Source: a virus (Duplodnaviria > Caudoviricetes). Taken from it: a stretch of DNA of 45,301 nucleotides. Shown here piece by piece: positions 17,801-26,829 of this stretch; within the stretch, counting starts at the first letter, position 1, and every line of letters begins with the position of its first letter. The position numbers and the translations under genes are program-made. The stretch lies in IMG/VR virus record IMGVR_UViG_3300012667_001007, positions 1 through 45,301 of that record; one strand, 5' to 3'. Under the pieces are notes generated by a model, which saw only the letters and a program-made list of their open reading frames with translations, searched no databases and was not told where the DNA came from.

Positions 17801-18700
17801 ATGTACGCACAGCTCGGAAATATACAGTTCTCGCCTGTCAAAGGGTTCACAAGTATGTCTTCATCATCGGAGACAAACCTTGCTGAACACGCTCTCATTG
17901 AGGGCAAACCTAAGTTGCAGCGCATTGGAACGAACCTAACCACCATTGATGTTTCAATGATGTTCGATATTTCGTTCTGTGATCCACAGACGGAAATCGA
18001 CGCACTGAATAGCTCGAGGGAATCGGCTGAGGTGATGCCATTGATAATGGGTGACGGTCGCTTCGTTGGGAACTTCGTTATCAAAACGGTTTCGGACACA
18101 CCTACGAACTCTGCAGGGGACGGAAAAGTTCTGCAGTCGGAGGTGACGGTATCATTGTTGGAGCACGCAGGAACAAACAGCGAAGCCGCGTTTGCGTCGA
18201 GCTCGGTTGCTCAGGCGTTTGCCAACGTGAACAACGCCCCCCCGACATTCATTCCTGAATTGAAGGCTGTCACTCTGGAATCGGTTGCGACAAATGGATT
18301 GGTTGGTGCTAGCGCAGCTATCAACACGACTGCTGACGCTCTTTCTATCCTACCTGTATTCGTTGATACCTACCGACCGCAAGCTGAGAAAATAACGCAG
18401 GACATGCTCCTGGCAGGTGACGAGCTCGGCAACGTGTTGGAGGTTATCAATGCAGACAGTGCGTCGGAAATGTACGCACGCACTAGGAATTTGGCTCTGA
18501 AAATAAGTGAAACGATATTGGTGACTGCTGACGTTTCGGTGGAAGCAAACGCACTCATTGCAGATATTGACGCTGGAAACACGGCTAGTATTCCAGGGCG
18601 TATCGTTTCGCTAGTTAACAAGGGCGTGGAGTTGAGTAATAAGTCTCGTCAGTTGTCACAACAGGCGAGTGATTTGATATCTTTAGTAGTAGTACAATGA
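17801..18700 (+). CDS. P2 GpU-like tail tube initiator with C-terminal extension
   Basis: MYAQLGNIQF...AEHALIEGKPKLQRIG...GRFVGNFVI. Confidence 0.85.
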   Translation: MYAQLGNIQFSPVKGFTSMSSSSETNLAEHALIEGKPKLQRIGTNLTTIDVSMMFDISFCDPQTEIDALNSSRESAEVMPLIMGDGRFVGNFVIKTVSDTPTNSAGDGKVLQSEVTVSLLEHAGTNSEAAFASSSVAQAFANVNNAPPTFIPELKAVTLESVATNGLVGASAAINTTADALSILPVFVDTYRPQAEKITQDMLLAGDELGNVLEVINADSASEMYARTRNLALKISETILVTADVSVEANALIADIDAGNTASIPGRIVSLVNKGVELSNKSRQLSQQASDLISLVVVQ

Positions 18701-18909
18701 CATACACCACTTACAAAACAGTTGAGGGAGATCGTTGGGACACCATCGCATTTAAAGCGTATGGAGATGCGACTCAGTACAGTAAGATTATTGAGGCAAA
18801 TCCATTCGTTCCCAAGGGCGTTGTGCTACCTTCTGGATTGACGTTGTACGTTCCTGTTGCAGACAGACCGAGTGTTAACACCTCACTATTGCCACCATGG
18901 AAACGGTAA
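18697..18909 (+). CDS. Tail protein X (LysM-like)
   Basis: GDRWDTIAFKAYG...IIEANP...LPPWKR. Confidence 0.92.
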   Translation: MTYTTYKTVEGDRWDTIAFKAYGDATQYSKIIEANPFVPKGVVLPSGLTLYVPVADRPSVNTSLLPPWKR

Positions 18910-20282
18910 TACAGCCACGCATTAAGATAGTGTACCAGGGCAAGGACATATCGAAGGATATCTCCGAGTTCTTGCTGTCGGTTGATTATTCCGACAACAC
19001 CTCTGACGAGTCGGATGAGGTTAGTTTTACGGTTGAAGATTCCGAGGGACTTTGGCGCACAGACTGGATGCCAAACAAGGGTGACAAGCTCACCATGTCG
19101 ATTGGTTACGACCACGAAATGATGGACTGTGGAACGTTCACCGTTGATGAAATCGAATTTTCGGGTGCTCCAGACGTCATTTCCATTCGTGGCTTGGCGG
19201 CTAGCGTAGCAAGTCCTGTACGAACGAAGACGTCAAAGGCTTACGAGAAACAGACGTTGCGCCAGATAGCGGATGAGATTGCCAAGAAATACGGATACCA
19301 GGTCATAGACAACAACTCCGATAAGTCGGCTTTGGATGAGATTCAAATCGAGCGCATCACGCAGTCTCGTGAATCGGACTTGGCGTTCCTCAAACGAGTT
19401 GCTGAGGACTACGGAATCATGTTTTCTTTGAGGGACACAAACCTAGTTTTCACTTCTGTTTTTGACATTGAAAAGAGTGATTCAGTCGATAAGATTGATA
19501 GAAAGCAATTGCTTTCCTACAACGTGAAGGACACGGCTGTATCAACCTATAAGGAAGCTACCGTCAAACATACCTCTCCAAAACAGAACAAAGTCATTGA
19601 GTCGAATGTACCGACTAAGTTCATGTACGGAGGTGAGGGCGGTGGTCCAGACAGCAAGTCACAGGACACGCTAGAGATTCGAGTGAAGGCAGACAACCCG
19701 AAGCAAGCCGAGAAGAAGGCTAGGGCAAAGCTGCACAAGTCGAATAGCAAGGAGAAAGAGGGTAGTTTCACGATCATTGGAAACACGAAGCTCGTTGCTG
19801 GAAATAACTTTGAGCTAACAGGAATGGGCGGTTTGTCTGGAAAGTGGAACATCACGAAGTCGGCGCATAAGATTGACCGAAGCGGTTACACCACAGACTT
19901 TGAAGCTAAGATGATAAGTGCTGGAACAGGGCAAGGAAAAGTCGCATCGATTGGAGACGTATTGTTTGACATCGACAAAGCTGTTATAAGACCAGAGGGA
20001 ATTGTTGCGATTGATAAGGTAATTACCTACATGAAAGACAATCCTACTACGGTTATGGAGGTTGCTGGACATACGGATTCGAACGGAACGGATGAGTACA
20101 ACATTGACTTGTCTACTCGTAGGTCAAATGCATGTCGTGACTACATGATCTCCAAGGGTATTTTCGCTACTCGATTGATTGCTAAGGGGTATGGCGAAGG
20201 TCAACCTGTTTCATCAAACGCAACGGCAGACGGACGTCAGAAAAACAGACGTACAGAATTCGTAGTTGTCAAGAATAATTAA
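18897..20282 (+). CDS. Baseplate hub (P2 gpD-like) with C-terminal OmpA-like domain
   Basis: YSDN...SDEVSFTVED, QSRESDLAFLKRVAEDYG; last ~110 aa VLFDIDKA...GHTDSNG..EYNIDLSTRRS...GYGE..P...NRRTEF. Confidence 0.9.
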   Translation: METVIQPRIKIVYQGKDISKDISEFLLSVDYSDNTSDESDEVSFTVEDSEGLWRTDWMPNKGDKLTMSIGYDHEMMDCGTFTVDEIEFSGAPDVISIRGLAASVASPVRTKTSKAYEKQTLRQIADEIAKKYGYQVIDNNSDKSALDEIQIERITQSRESDLAFLKRVAEDYGIMFSLRDTNLVFTSVFDIEKSDSVDKIDRKQLLSYNVKDTAVSTYKEATVKHTSPKQNKVIESNVPTKFMYGGEGGGPDSKSQDTLEIRVKADNPKQAEKKARAKLHKSNSKEKEGSFTIIGNTKLVAGNNFELTGMGGLSGKWNITKSAHKIDRSGYTTDFEAKMISAGTGQGKVASIGDVLFDIDKAVIRPEGIVAIDKVITYMKDNPTTVMEVAGHTDSNGTDEYNIDLSTRRSNACRDYMISKGIFATRLIAKGYGEGQPVSSNATADGRQKNRRTEFVVVKNN

Positions 20283-20294
20283 TATATTTGAACC

Positions 20295-20918
20295 ATGCTT
20301 AGATACGGACATATAACAGAGCTTGACGCCACAAAAGGTATGGCGAAGGTTTTGTTCGATGAAGACAATATTGTTTCAGATTGGTTGCAAATAGTAGTGC
20401 GGAACTCTATTTCCAACAAGTCCGAATCATGGTTTGACGTCAACGAATTTGTCTGTGTCATGATGGATAAGCATGACGAGGAAGGAGTAATTCTAGGAGC
20501 TGTATACCATGAAGGAAACACTCCTCCGATTGGAGACAAAGACACGGTTGGTGTGACGTTTCCAGATGGCACAGTAATTAAGTACAACCGTTCAGATAGC
20601 AAGTTCACTATTGAATGCGTTGGAGAGGTGAACGTAACCTGCACGAAGGCAAATGTTACAGCATCGGACAGCGTTAAGATGGACACTCCATCTGCTCAGT
20701 TTACAGGTGACGTGAGTGTTCAAGGTACTTTGAGTGCAAGCGGATTGACCAGCAGTGGAAACATGGAAGCGAGCGGAGACATCAAAGCGGATGGTTCGAT
20801 GAAGGCACTTGGTCAAGTCGAAGCACTTTCGGGAACGCCTTTGGTTGTCCATTTGTCTACTCACAACCATCCTACTGCACCGACAGGACCAATTTCACCT
20901 CCAACACCAGGAACATAA
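20295..20918 (+). CDS. Baseplate spike (gpV-like)
   Basis: OB-fold N-terminus, GVILGAVY, beta-helix repeats, C-terminal HNH metal-binding tip. Confidence 0.92.
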   Translation: MLRYGHITELDATKGMAKVLFDEDNIVSDWLQIVVRNSISNKSESWFDVNEFVCVMMDKHDEEGVILGAVYHEGNTPPIGDKDTVGVTFPDGTVIKYNRSDSKFTIECVGEVNVTCTKANVTASDSVKMDTPSAQFTGDVSVQGTLSASGLTSSGNMEASGDIKADGSMKALGQVEALSGTPLVVHLSTHNHPTAPTGPISPPTPGT

Positions 20919-20927
20919 TCATAGGAA

Positions 20928-21290
20928 ATGGCAACACTACAGGACATAACATCAAACGATTGGTCGCTTAGCCTTGCTGAGCAGGGAACTGTTGTTCAGG
21001 GACTATCGGACATACAGCAATGTATCTACATTATTTTGGTGACGCAGAAGGGAACAGACCCTCTGCGACCAGACTTTGGATGTGGGGTATACGAGTATAT
21101 CGACAAGCCTGTGAACATTGCCGTTCCGAACATGAAGAGAGAAATTCTCGCTGCAATACAAAAGTATGAAACGCGAGTTCAAATAATTCGTATATTGCAC
21201 ATCGTAGAAGAAGCTCATTTGACATTCACAATAGAATGGAAATTTGCGGACACTACACAAACAACGACAGTAAGTTATGGCACAGCCTGA
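20928..21290 (+). CDS. Baseplate wedge gpW/gp25-like protein
   Basis: DIQQCIYIILVTQKGTDPLRPDFGC...YETRV. Confidence 0.92.
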   Translation: MATLQDITSNDWSLSLAEQGTVVQGLSDIQQCIYIILVTQKGTDPLRPDFGCGVYEYIDKPVNIAVPNMKREILAAIQKYETRVQIIRILHIVEEAHLTFTIEWKFADTTQTTTVSYGTA

Positions 21291-22395
21291 ATTCATAGAG
21301 AGAGACGTTAATCAAATCGTTACCGAGATGATCGCTGACATGGAGCAGCGACTCGGACGTACTATACAACCTGCCCAAGTCGAGAGGTTGTTGATAAATT
21401 CATTTGCCTACCGAGAATCATTGGTTCGTGAGAAGATTCAATACGCTGCTGTTCAAAACTTGGTTGAGTTTTCGAACGCTCCTGTTTTGGATTATCTTGG
21501 GGAGCTTGTGGGTGTCACTCGTTTGGCGGCATCTGCAGCATCGGTGGAGCTCGAGTTCACGCTCGTTTCTGGACACGGTGGTGTCACAATTCCTGCAGCA
21601 ACTCGAATTGCTACGGTGGACAGCTTGGCTGTGTTCCGAGTGGCGACAGACACGATAGTTGCGCCAGGCGTCACGACGGCAACGGTAACGGCAAATAGCA
21701 ACGCTACCGGCACGACGGCAAATAACTACGCTGTGGGTACGGTGACTCAGATTCTCGACCCTCTGGCGTTCGTTTCATCGGTGGTGAACACAACCATAAG
21801 TGGTGGTGGTGCAGCACAGGAGAGCGACGAAGCGTTGCGAGAGAGAATCAAACTTGCTCCTGCGTCATTCTCGAATGCAGGGAGTAGGGGAGCGTATCAG
21901 TATTTTGCGTTGTCAGCTTCGCCTTCGATTATCGACGTGGCTGTGTTGGGACCAAACGACACTCCAGCAACGGGACCAGGTGAGGTTGAGGTTTATCCTT
22001 TGATGGAAGACGGAACTGTCACTCCAGGCACAATCATTGATGCCGTTGAGGCGGCTGTGAATGCGGAGAAGGTTCGACCACTCACGGATTTGGTAACGGT
22101 TATTGCACCAGACAGAATCGACTACGACGTAGAAATCGACGTTACTACATACACGGACGCAGACCCTACGGATGTTCAGTCTGCAATCCAAACAAAGTTG
22201 AATGCATTTGTTTTGGCAAAGCGCCAGAAGCTAGGGCAGGACGTGAAGATTTCCCAGATAATTGCGCAGTCAGTTATTGACGGAGTATTTGACGTGTCTG
22301 TGGTGCAACCTTCTGCAGATATTTTGATAGACGTAAACGAGTTCGCTTACTGCAATAGCGTTACAGTGAACATAATCGGTTCTAATAATGGCTAA
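21277..22395 (+). CDS. Baseplate J-like protein
   Basis: LDYLGELVGVTRL, GGAAQESDEALRERI, AGSRGAY, VRPLTDLV. Confidence 0.95.
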   Translation: MAQPEFIERDVNQIVTEMIADMEQRLGRTIQPAQVERLLINSFAYRESLVREKIQYAAVQNLVEFSNAPVLDYLGELVGVTRLAASAASVELEFTLVSGHGGVTIPAATRIATVDSLAVFRVATDTIVAPGVTTATVTANSNATGTTANNYAVGTVTQILDPLAFVSSVVNTTISGGGAAQESDEALRERIKLAPASFSNAGSRGAYQYFALSASPSIIDVAVLGPNDTPATGPGEVEVYPLMEDGTVTPGTIIDAVEAAVNAEKVRPLTDLVTVIAPDRIDYDVEIDVTTYTDADPTDVQSAIQTKLNAFVLAKRQKLGQDVKISQIIAQSVIDGVFDVSVVQPSADILIDVNEFAYCNSVTVNIIGSNNG

Positions 22396-23068
22396 CATTC
22401 TCGCATCTGGCATATCAAACATTGATCATATCACGGCATTCGATGAGATGATTGAATCTCGTTTTGCCAGCATCGATGTGGAAGCGGTTCTAATCTATTT
22501 GATTGACACGGTAGATGTCGATGCGTTGCCTTCATTGGCAGCTCAGTTCGACGTTCTCGGTTATCGTGGGTATGGACTAGCTCAAACGGAACAACAGAAG
22601 CGAGACATCATAAAAAGAGCTATTGAGCTGCATCGGTACAAGGGTACTCCATGGAGCATCAAAGAAGCACTCAAGGCAATCGGTTACTACAATGCGACAC
22701 TTGAAGAGCGTTTGATAAACCAAATATACTACGACGGATCATACAACCACAACGGTTCACAGACATACGGACCTGGTCATTGGGCAGATTTTCGAGTGAA
22801 AATTGATCTCGGGAATGACATGGGTGTTACATCTCAGTCAGCATCCGACGCAGTCAAACTTATTCTTGAGTACAAGAATGTACGTAGTAGACTGCGTGAC
22901 GTGTCGTATATGGGCAACCTGACAGAGTACGTTGTGGGAGTGGAAGAGGAGTTGAACGTAAATATCGAGACAGGTCTTTCAGATGCACTTGGATATTATC
23001 ACGATAACAATTATATTTACGGCGGACAAATCACTCACGGAACAATGAGTGATACGCTAACAACATAA
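22388..23068 (+). CDS. Baseplate/tail protein I (P2 gpI-like)
   Basis: LPSLAAQFDV...AIELHRYKGTPWSIKEAL...KNVRSRL. Confidence 0.9.
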   Translation: MANILASGISNIDHITAFDEMIESRFASIDVEAVLIYLIDTVDVDALPSLAAQFDVLGYRGYGLAQTEQQKRDIIKRAIELHRYKGTPWSIKEALKAIGYYNATLEERLINQIYYDGSYNHNGSQTYGPGHWADFRVKIDLGNDMGVTSQSASDAVKLILEYKNVRSRLRDVSYMGNLTEYVVGVEEELNVNIETGLSDALGYYHDNNYIYGGQITHGTMSDTLTT

Positions 23069-23076
23069 AACAGGCT

Positions 23077-23508
23077 ATGACACAGGAAAATATTACAGCG
23101 AAAGGCGAAGTACACTTGAAGGTGTACGACAAAGGCATTCTTGTTGCTGAGTACACAGAAAACAACATGATTGTCAACGTTGGCAAACAGTCACTTGCAG
23201 CATTGCTAGGTTCTGGAGATGCAAATAAAATCGTATCTCAGATAGGATTTGGAACAAGCGGTGCAATCACAGCAGGAACGAATACCTCAATCGAGAATCC
23301 ATTTGTCAAAGCACTTGACGGAGTAACCTATTCGGGAACATCTGCGATATTTGAGTACGCATTGGAAACCAACGAAAATAATGGCGTGACCATTCGGGAA
23401 TTCGCGTTGTTCAGCGATGACAACACAATGTTTTCTCGCATCGTTCGGAATCCAATCAATAAGACAGAGGACATCCGTCTGTATGGAACATGGAAAATAA
23501 CTTTTTAA
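23077..23508 (+). CDS. Tail fibre attachment / collar-type protein
   Basis: NNMIVNVGK...IGFGTS...NGVTIREFALF...MFSR...WKITF. Confidence 0.7.
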   Translation: MTQENITAKGEVHLKVYDKGILVAEYTENNMIVNVGKQSLAALLGSGDANKIVSQIGFGTSGAITAGTNTSIENPFVKALDGVTYSGTSAIFEYALETNENNGVTIREFALFSDDNTMFSRIVRNPINKTEDIRLYGTWKITF

Positions 23509-23518
23509 AAGATAGAAA

Positions 23519-24865
23519 ATGGCAAATCTTACAGAAACGGCACAGTGGGAAACTGGCATATATAGAATTGAAACCACAGACCCCGTTATCGGTGGCGAAG
23601 ATGGTATCTCAAATGCACAGGCAAAGCTCCTAGGAAACAGGACGCTTTACTTGAAGGGTGTTGCTGACGACCACGAAACACGAGTTGATTCATTGGAGAC
23701 AAGCTCATCCAACTTGCACCGAATGCTAGGTGCTGGCGCATTCGCCAAACACGGTGTTGCCACAGCTGCAGTTACCAACGGTGTATTCAGTTTTGGATCG
23801 GTGGTGAAAAACAATCCACCTTCCGTTGCGAACGAGGTGAACGTCGTAGCTAACTCTACATCTCCTTTGGTGTTGACGTTTTCAAATGGCTACGATGCCA
23901 ATGGTCCTGTGGTGTATTACGGAATCCGTAGTTCAAACTACCAAGCGTTGATTGGAAATAATCTTCCTGGTCTATTGTATGCTGAGTACAACCCCACAAC
24001 AAATGCGGTGAGTTTGGCCGTAGACCAAAATACGACGAGCGTCGTGACGTCTTATTCAGACCCTGGAACAACCGGTTATTGGTATTCCTTGAAGGATGAA
24101 AAGATGTACCTTTGGAACGGTTCTGCTTGGGTGAACGTTATTCGCGTGATCCTTGGTAGCTTCACGTTCAGCGGTTCAGGTTCATTCTCTCATTACGCAA
24201 CATTGGGCAAAGGGATAAAGGATGTCTATGGACGTGGAACTGTTCCTGCTGGAACGGTGAGTGCGTTCGCTGGTGCTACATCCCCTGCAGGGTACTTGTT
24301 GTGTGACGGTGGAGCGATCTCCAGAAACATTTACTCCGACCTATATGCTGCCATTGGCACAGGGTATGGAGCAGGAGACGGCTCGACAACGTTCAACCTT
24401 CCAGACCTTCGCGGTGAGTTCATTCGTGGACTTGACGGTGGACGTGGCATTGACCTCAACAGCGTTGCGAAACTTTCGGGAACTACCAATGGTAGCGCCA
24501 ACGTTACCGTTGCATCTACTGAGGACTTGAAGGCAGGAATGACAGTAACAGGAACAGGTATTCCTGTTGGTGCTACAATCCTTTCGATTACCAACTCAAC
24601 GACGTTGGTATTGAGCGCAAACGCGACAGCTACAAATGCAAGTGTTTCATTGACGTATGCTGGTCGTGTCCTTGGTTCATTCCAGCTGGATATGTTGAAG
24701 TCCCACTTACACATCATGAAGAAGTACAACCGTTCAATTGGTGCTGGTGCTGGATTCTTTGCAATGGATGACCAAGGTACAGACGGTTCTGAGAATACTG
24801 AGTTGACAGGAGGTGTTGAAACTCGTCCTCGAAATATCGCGATGAATTACATTATCAAATTCTAA
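23519..24865 (+). CDS. Tail fibre protein with tail-collar domain
   Basis: N-terminal WETGIYRIETTDPVIGG...LGNRTLYLK; PAGYLLCDG...FNLPDLRGEFIRG; C-terminal ETRPRNIAMNYIIK. Confidence 0.92.
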   Translation: MANLTETAQWETGIYRIETTDPVIGGEDGISNAQAKLLGNRTLYLKGVADDHETRVDSLETSSSNLHRMLGAGAFAKHGVATAAVTNGVFSFGSVVKNNPPSVANEVNVVANSTSPLVLTFSNGYDANGPVVYYGIRSSNYQALIGNNLPGLLYAEYNPTTNAVSLAVDQNTTSVVTSYSDPGTTGYWYSLKDEKMYLWNGSAWVNVIRVILGSFTFSGSGSFSHYATLGKGIKDVYGRGTVPAGTVSAFAGATSPAGYLLCDGGAISRNIYSDLYAAIGTGYGAGDGSTTFNLPDLRGEFIRGLDGGRGIDLNSVAKLSGTTNGSANVTVASTEDLKAGMTVTGTGIPVGATILSITNSTTLVLSANATATNASVSLTYAGRVLGSFQLDMLKSHLHIMKKYNRSIGAGAGFFAMDDQGTDGSENTELTGGVETRPRNIAMNYIIKF

Positions 24866-24868
24866 GAT

Positions 24869-25060
24869 ATGAAAGCCTACGCATACAATAGTATTGGAGA
24901 GTTTATCGGTGAAGTTGACTGCCAACCAAACCCTCTTGAATGGGGTGAGTTTATTGTGCCTGCTCAATCTACTACCGTTAAACCTCCGAAATTCAAGGAC
25001 GGAAAAATCAGAACGTGGAACGGCAAAAAATGGGTGTTCAGAAAAAAGACTGCGGAGTAG
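24869..25060 (+). CDS. Tail fibre assembly-like small protein
   Basis: GEFIGE...PLE.GEFIVPAQSTTVKPP...WNGKKW; follows the fibre gene. Confidence 0.75.
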   Translation: MKAYAYNSIGEFIGEVDCQPNPLEWGEFIVPAQSTTVKPPKFKDGKIRTWNGKKWVFRKKTAE

Positions 25061-25122
25061 AGCAGTGGTAGCTCGCCTGACTCATTATCAGGAGGTCGCA
25101 GGTTCGAGTCCTGTCTCCGCTA
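25051..25122 (+). tRNA. tRNA with CAT anticodon, initiator(fMet)-like body, atypical anticodon arm
   Basis: TGCGGAG/CTCCGCT acceptor, GAGC/GCTC D stem, CCTGA-CTCATTA-TCAGG anticodon arm, GCAGG-TTCGAGT-CCTGT T arm; no encoded CCA. Confidence 0.88.
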
Positions 25123-25160
25123 CGAAGCGTTCCATGTTTCTTGATTGATTCCTGCTAGCG

Positions 25161-25191
25161 AAACCCCTCCATGTGAGGGGTTTTGTTATTT
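25161..25191 (+). terminator. Terminator ending the late operon
   Basis: AAACCCCTC / GAGGGGTTT stem plus T-rich tail. Confidence 0.8.
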
Positions 25192-25194
25192 ATA

Positions 25195-25420
25195 GCGCAA
25201 CCGATAGCAGAACCGAGATCGTTCCAAAAATCCTTTTGTCTACAACGACATACCGAAACGCTTGACTGGTCCGCTACCAAAATCTAACATCATCGGAGTT
25301 CACGACCGTTCCCGAGTAAGGCACTTGAATCATTGGAAAAAGTGCCTTTCCAGAGCGTGAGCGTGACAAGCTGTTGAAGGCTCAACCGAAACGGTTACCG
25401 ACAGCGAAACCGATGGTGAA
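25195..25420. other. Putative attP with integrase arm-type repeats
   Basis: ACCGA cores at 25200, 25212, 25252, 25385, 25397, 25409; TCCGCTACCA at 25270-25279; 9-bp inverted repeat 25318-25348; non-coding and adjacent to the integrase. Confidence 0.65.
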
Positions 25421-25422
25421 AC

Positions 25423-26583
25423 ATGCTCACGGACGTGGGAATTCGCTCAGCTCTCCGTGCTGGCGGTAACAAGGTATTGACAGACGGTGGAAAACGTGGG
25501 TCTGGCAGACTCACCCTCAGCATACGTGAGGGAGTTCGTCCAGAATGGTATGCCGTCAAATGGATTGAAGGCAGACGCCGCACCGTCAAAATCGGAACGT
25601 TTCCAGACATGTCGCTCTCCGATGCCAGGGAGCGATTCAAGGACGGTGTGACGTTCATCAAACCGCAGAAACGCGCCACGCTCGAACAGCTCATTGCGGA
25701 CTATTCCTCTCACCTCGAGTCCAAGGGCAAGCGCAGCACGGACGAGATACGGAGAACGCTCAACCGCATGGCTGAGGTTATCGGAAAATCGAAGCCTGCT
25801 AACGAGGTGACAACGTCCGATATCGTGGAAGCCATCCGTCCGATTTATGCAGGTGGAGCTCCGTCCATGGCCGACCACATGAGGGGCGCGATGCATGCGT
25901 GTTACGGATGGGTGCTCAAGTCACAAAACGATTACCGAACGCACTCTGAGTTGAAGGAGAGGTTCGGACTCACGTCGAATCCTGCTAGTGGAATTCCCAC
26001 AGAGCCAAAAGTGAAAGGGGATAGGTGGCTATCCACAGATGAGCTTGTGGCATTCTGGAAATGGCTACATATTGGATATCGTAACTCGAACAGAAACACC
26101 GACCCCAAGAACCTTGTCGCTCTGCAGGTGTTGATTCTCACAGGTCAGCGTGTGGAAGAGGTGCTGCGAATCGATACGTCCATGGTGGACAGGCAGCTTC
26201 GTGTCATTGACTGGCAGAAGACCAAAACAGGAAACGAGCACATCCTGCCAGCGACAGGTCAAGTGCTCAGACGTTTAACATGGTGCAAGCGCACAGGAGA
26301 GGGAACGTACTTCAACTCGGACGATTCAACGCTGAGAATGATATGCAAGTCGTTTGTCTATGTTTCTGGAATAGAGCCGTTCACAACGCGCGACTTGAGA
26401 AGAACATGGAAAACCCTCGCTGGATTGGCAGGGGTTAGTAAGACAGACCGAGACAGGGTTCAGAACCACAGAAACGGTGACGTGAGCTCCAAGCACTACG
26501 ACCGATACGACTACCTCAATGAGAAACGAGCTGCGTTGGAATCGTGGGAACGCTGGTTTCTGGACAAAATAAAAGCCACCTAG
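25423..26583 (+). CDS. int: Tyrosine integrase with N-terminal arm-binding domain
   Basis: MLTD...KIGTFPDMSLSDARE arm domain; TGQR, KTK, RDLRRT, QNH, HYDRY catalytic motifs. Confidence 0.93.
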   Translation: MLTDVGIRSALRAGGNKVLTDGGKRGSGRLTLSIREGVRPEWYAVKWIEGRRRTVKIGTFPDMSLSDARERFKDGVTFIKPQKRATLEQLIADYSSHLESKGKRSTDEIRRTLNRMAEVIGKSKPANEVTTSDIVEAIRPIYAGGAPSMADHMRGAMHACYGWVLKSQNDYRTHSELKERFGLTSNPASGIPTEPKVKGDRWLSTDELVAFWKWLHIGYRNSNRNTDPKNLVALQVLILTGQRVEEVLRIDTSMVDRQLRVIDWQKTKTGNEHILPATGQVLRRLTWCKRTGEGTYFNSDDSTLRMICKSFVYVSGIEPFTTRDLRRTWKTLAGLAGVSKTDRDRVQNHRNGDVSSKHYDRYDYLNEKRAALESWERWFLDKIKAT

Positions 26584-26597
26584 TTTAGGTGGCTTAG
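26571..26597. terminator. Hairpin between convergent int and xis, probable terminator
   Basis: AAGCCACCTA-GTT-TAGGTGGCTT, with a T run on the minus strand. Confidence 0.7.
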
Positions 26598-26616
26598 TCA
26601 CGGGGGAAATCTCATC

Positions 26617-26829
26617 TCAACGCCTGGTGTAGTCGCTCGTAGAATTTACTGTCCTGTTTCGTTCCCATTGCTCCACATCTTCTAGTCGGTAAAAGATGCG
26701 ACCACCAACCTTAGTGAATGGAGGAGAGATTCCTGCGCTCCTCCAATTTGCCAACGTCCGTGTGGTCACCTTCCCACTGTACCTACTTGCGAGTTCGCAA
26801 GGCGTTAGGAAAATCTTTCCTTCGGTCAA
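26617..26829 (-). CDS. Excisionase-like HTH protein
   Basis: FLTPCELASRY...RTLANWRSAGISPPFTKVGGRIFYRLEDVEQW; TTG start overlaps the upstream TGA. Confidence 0.85.
   Translation of the reverse strand: MTEGKIFLTPCELASRYSGKVTTRTLANWRSAGISPPFTKVGGRIFYRLEDVEQWERNRTVNSTSDYTRR

Noticed and set aside
24894-25148. 84-aa ORF running through the tRNA
   Set aside because: Alternate frame of the fibre-assembly gene plus translated tRNA sequence
23519-26583. Diversity-generating retroelement or invertible tail-fibre cassette
   Set aside because: No reverse transcriptase motifs, no duplicated fibre C-terminus and no inverted fibre segments seen; the recombinase is an arm-type integrase with xis
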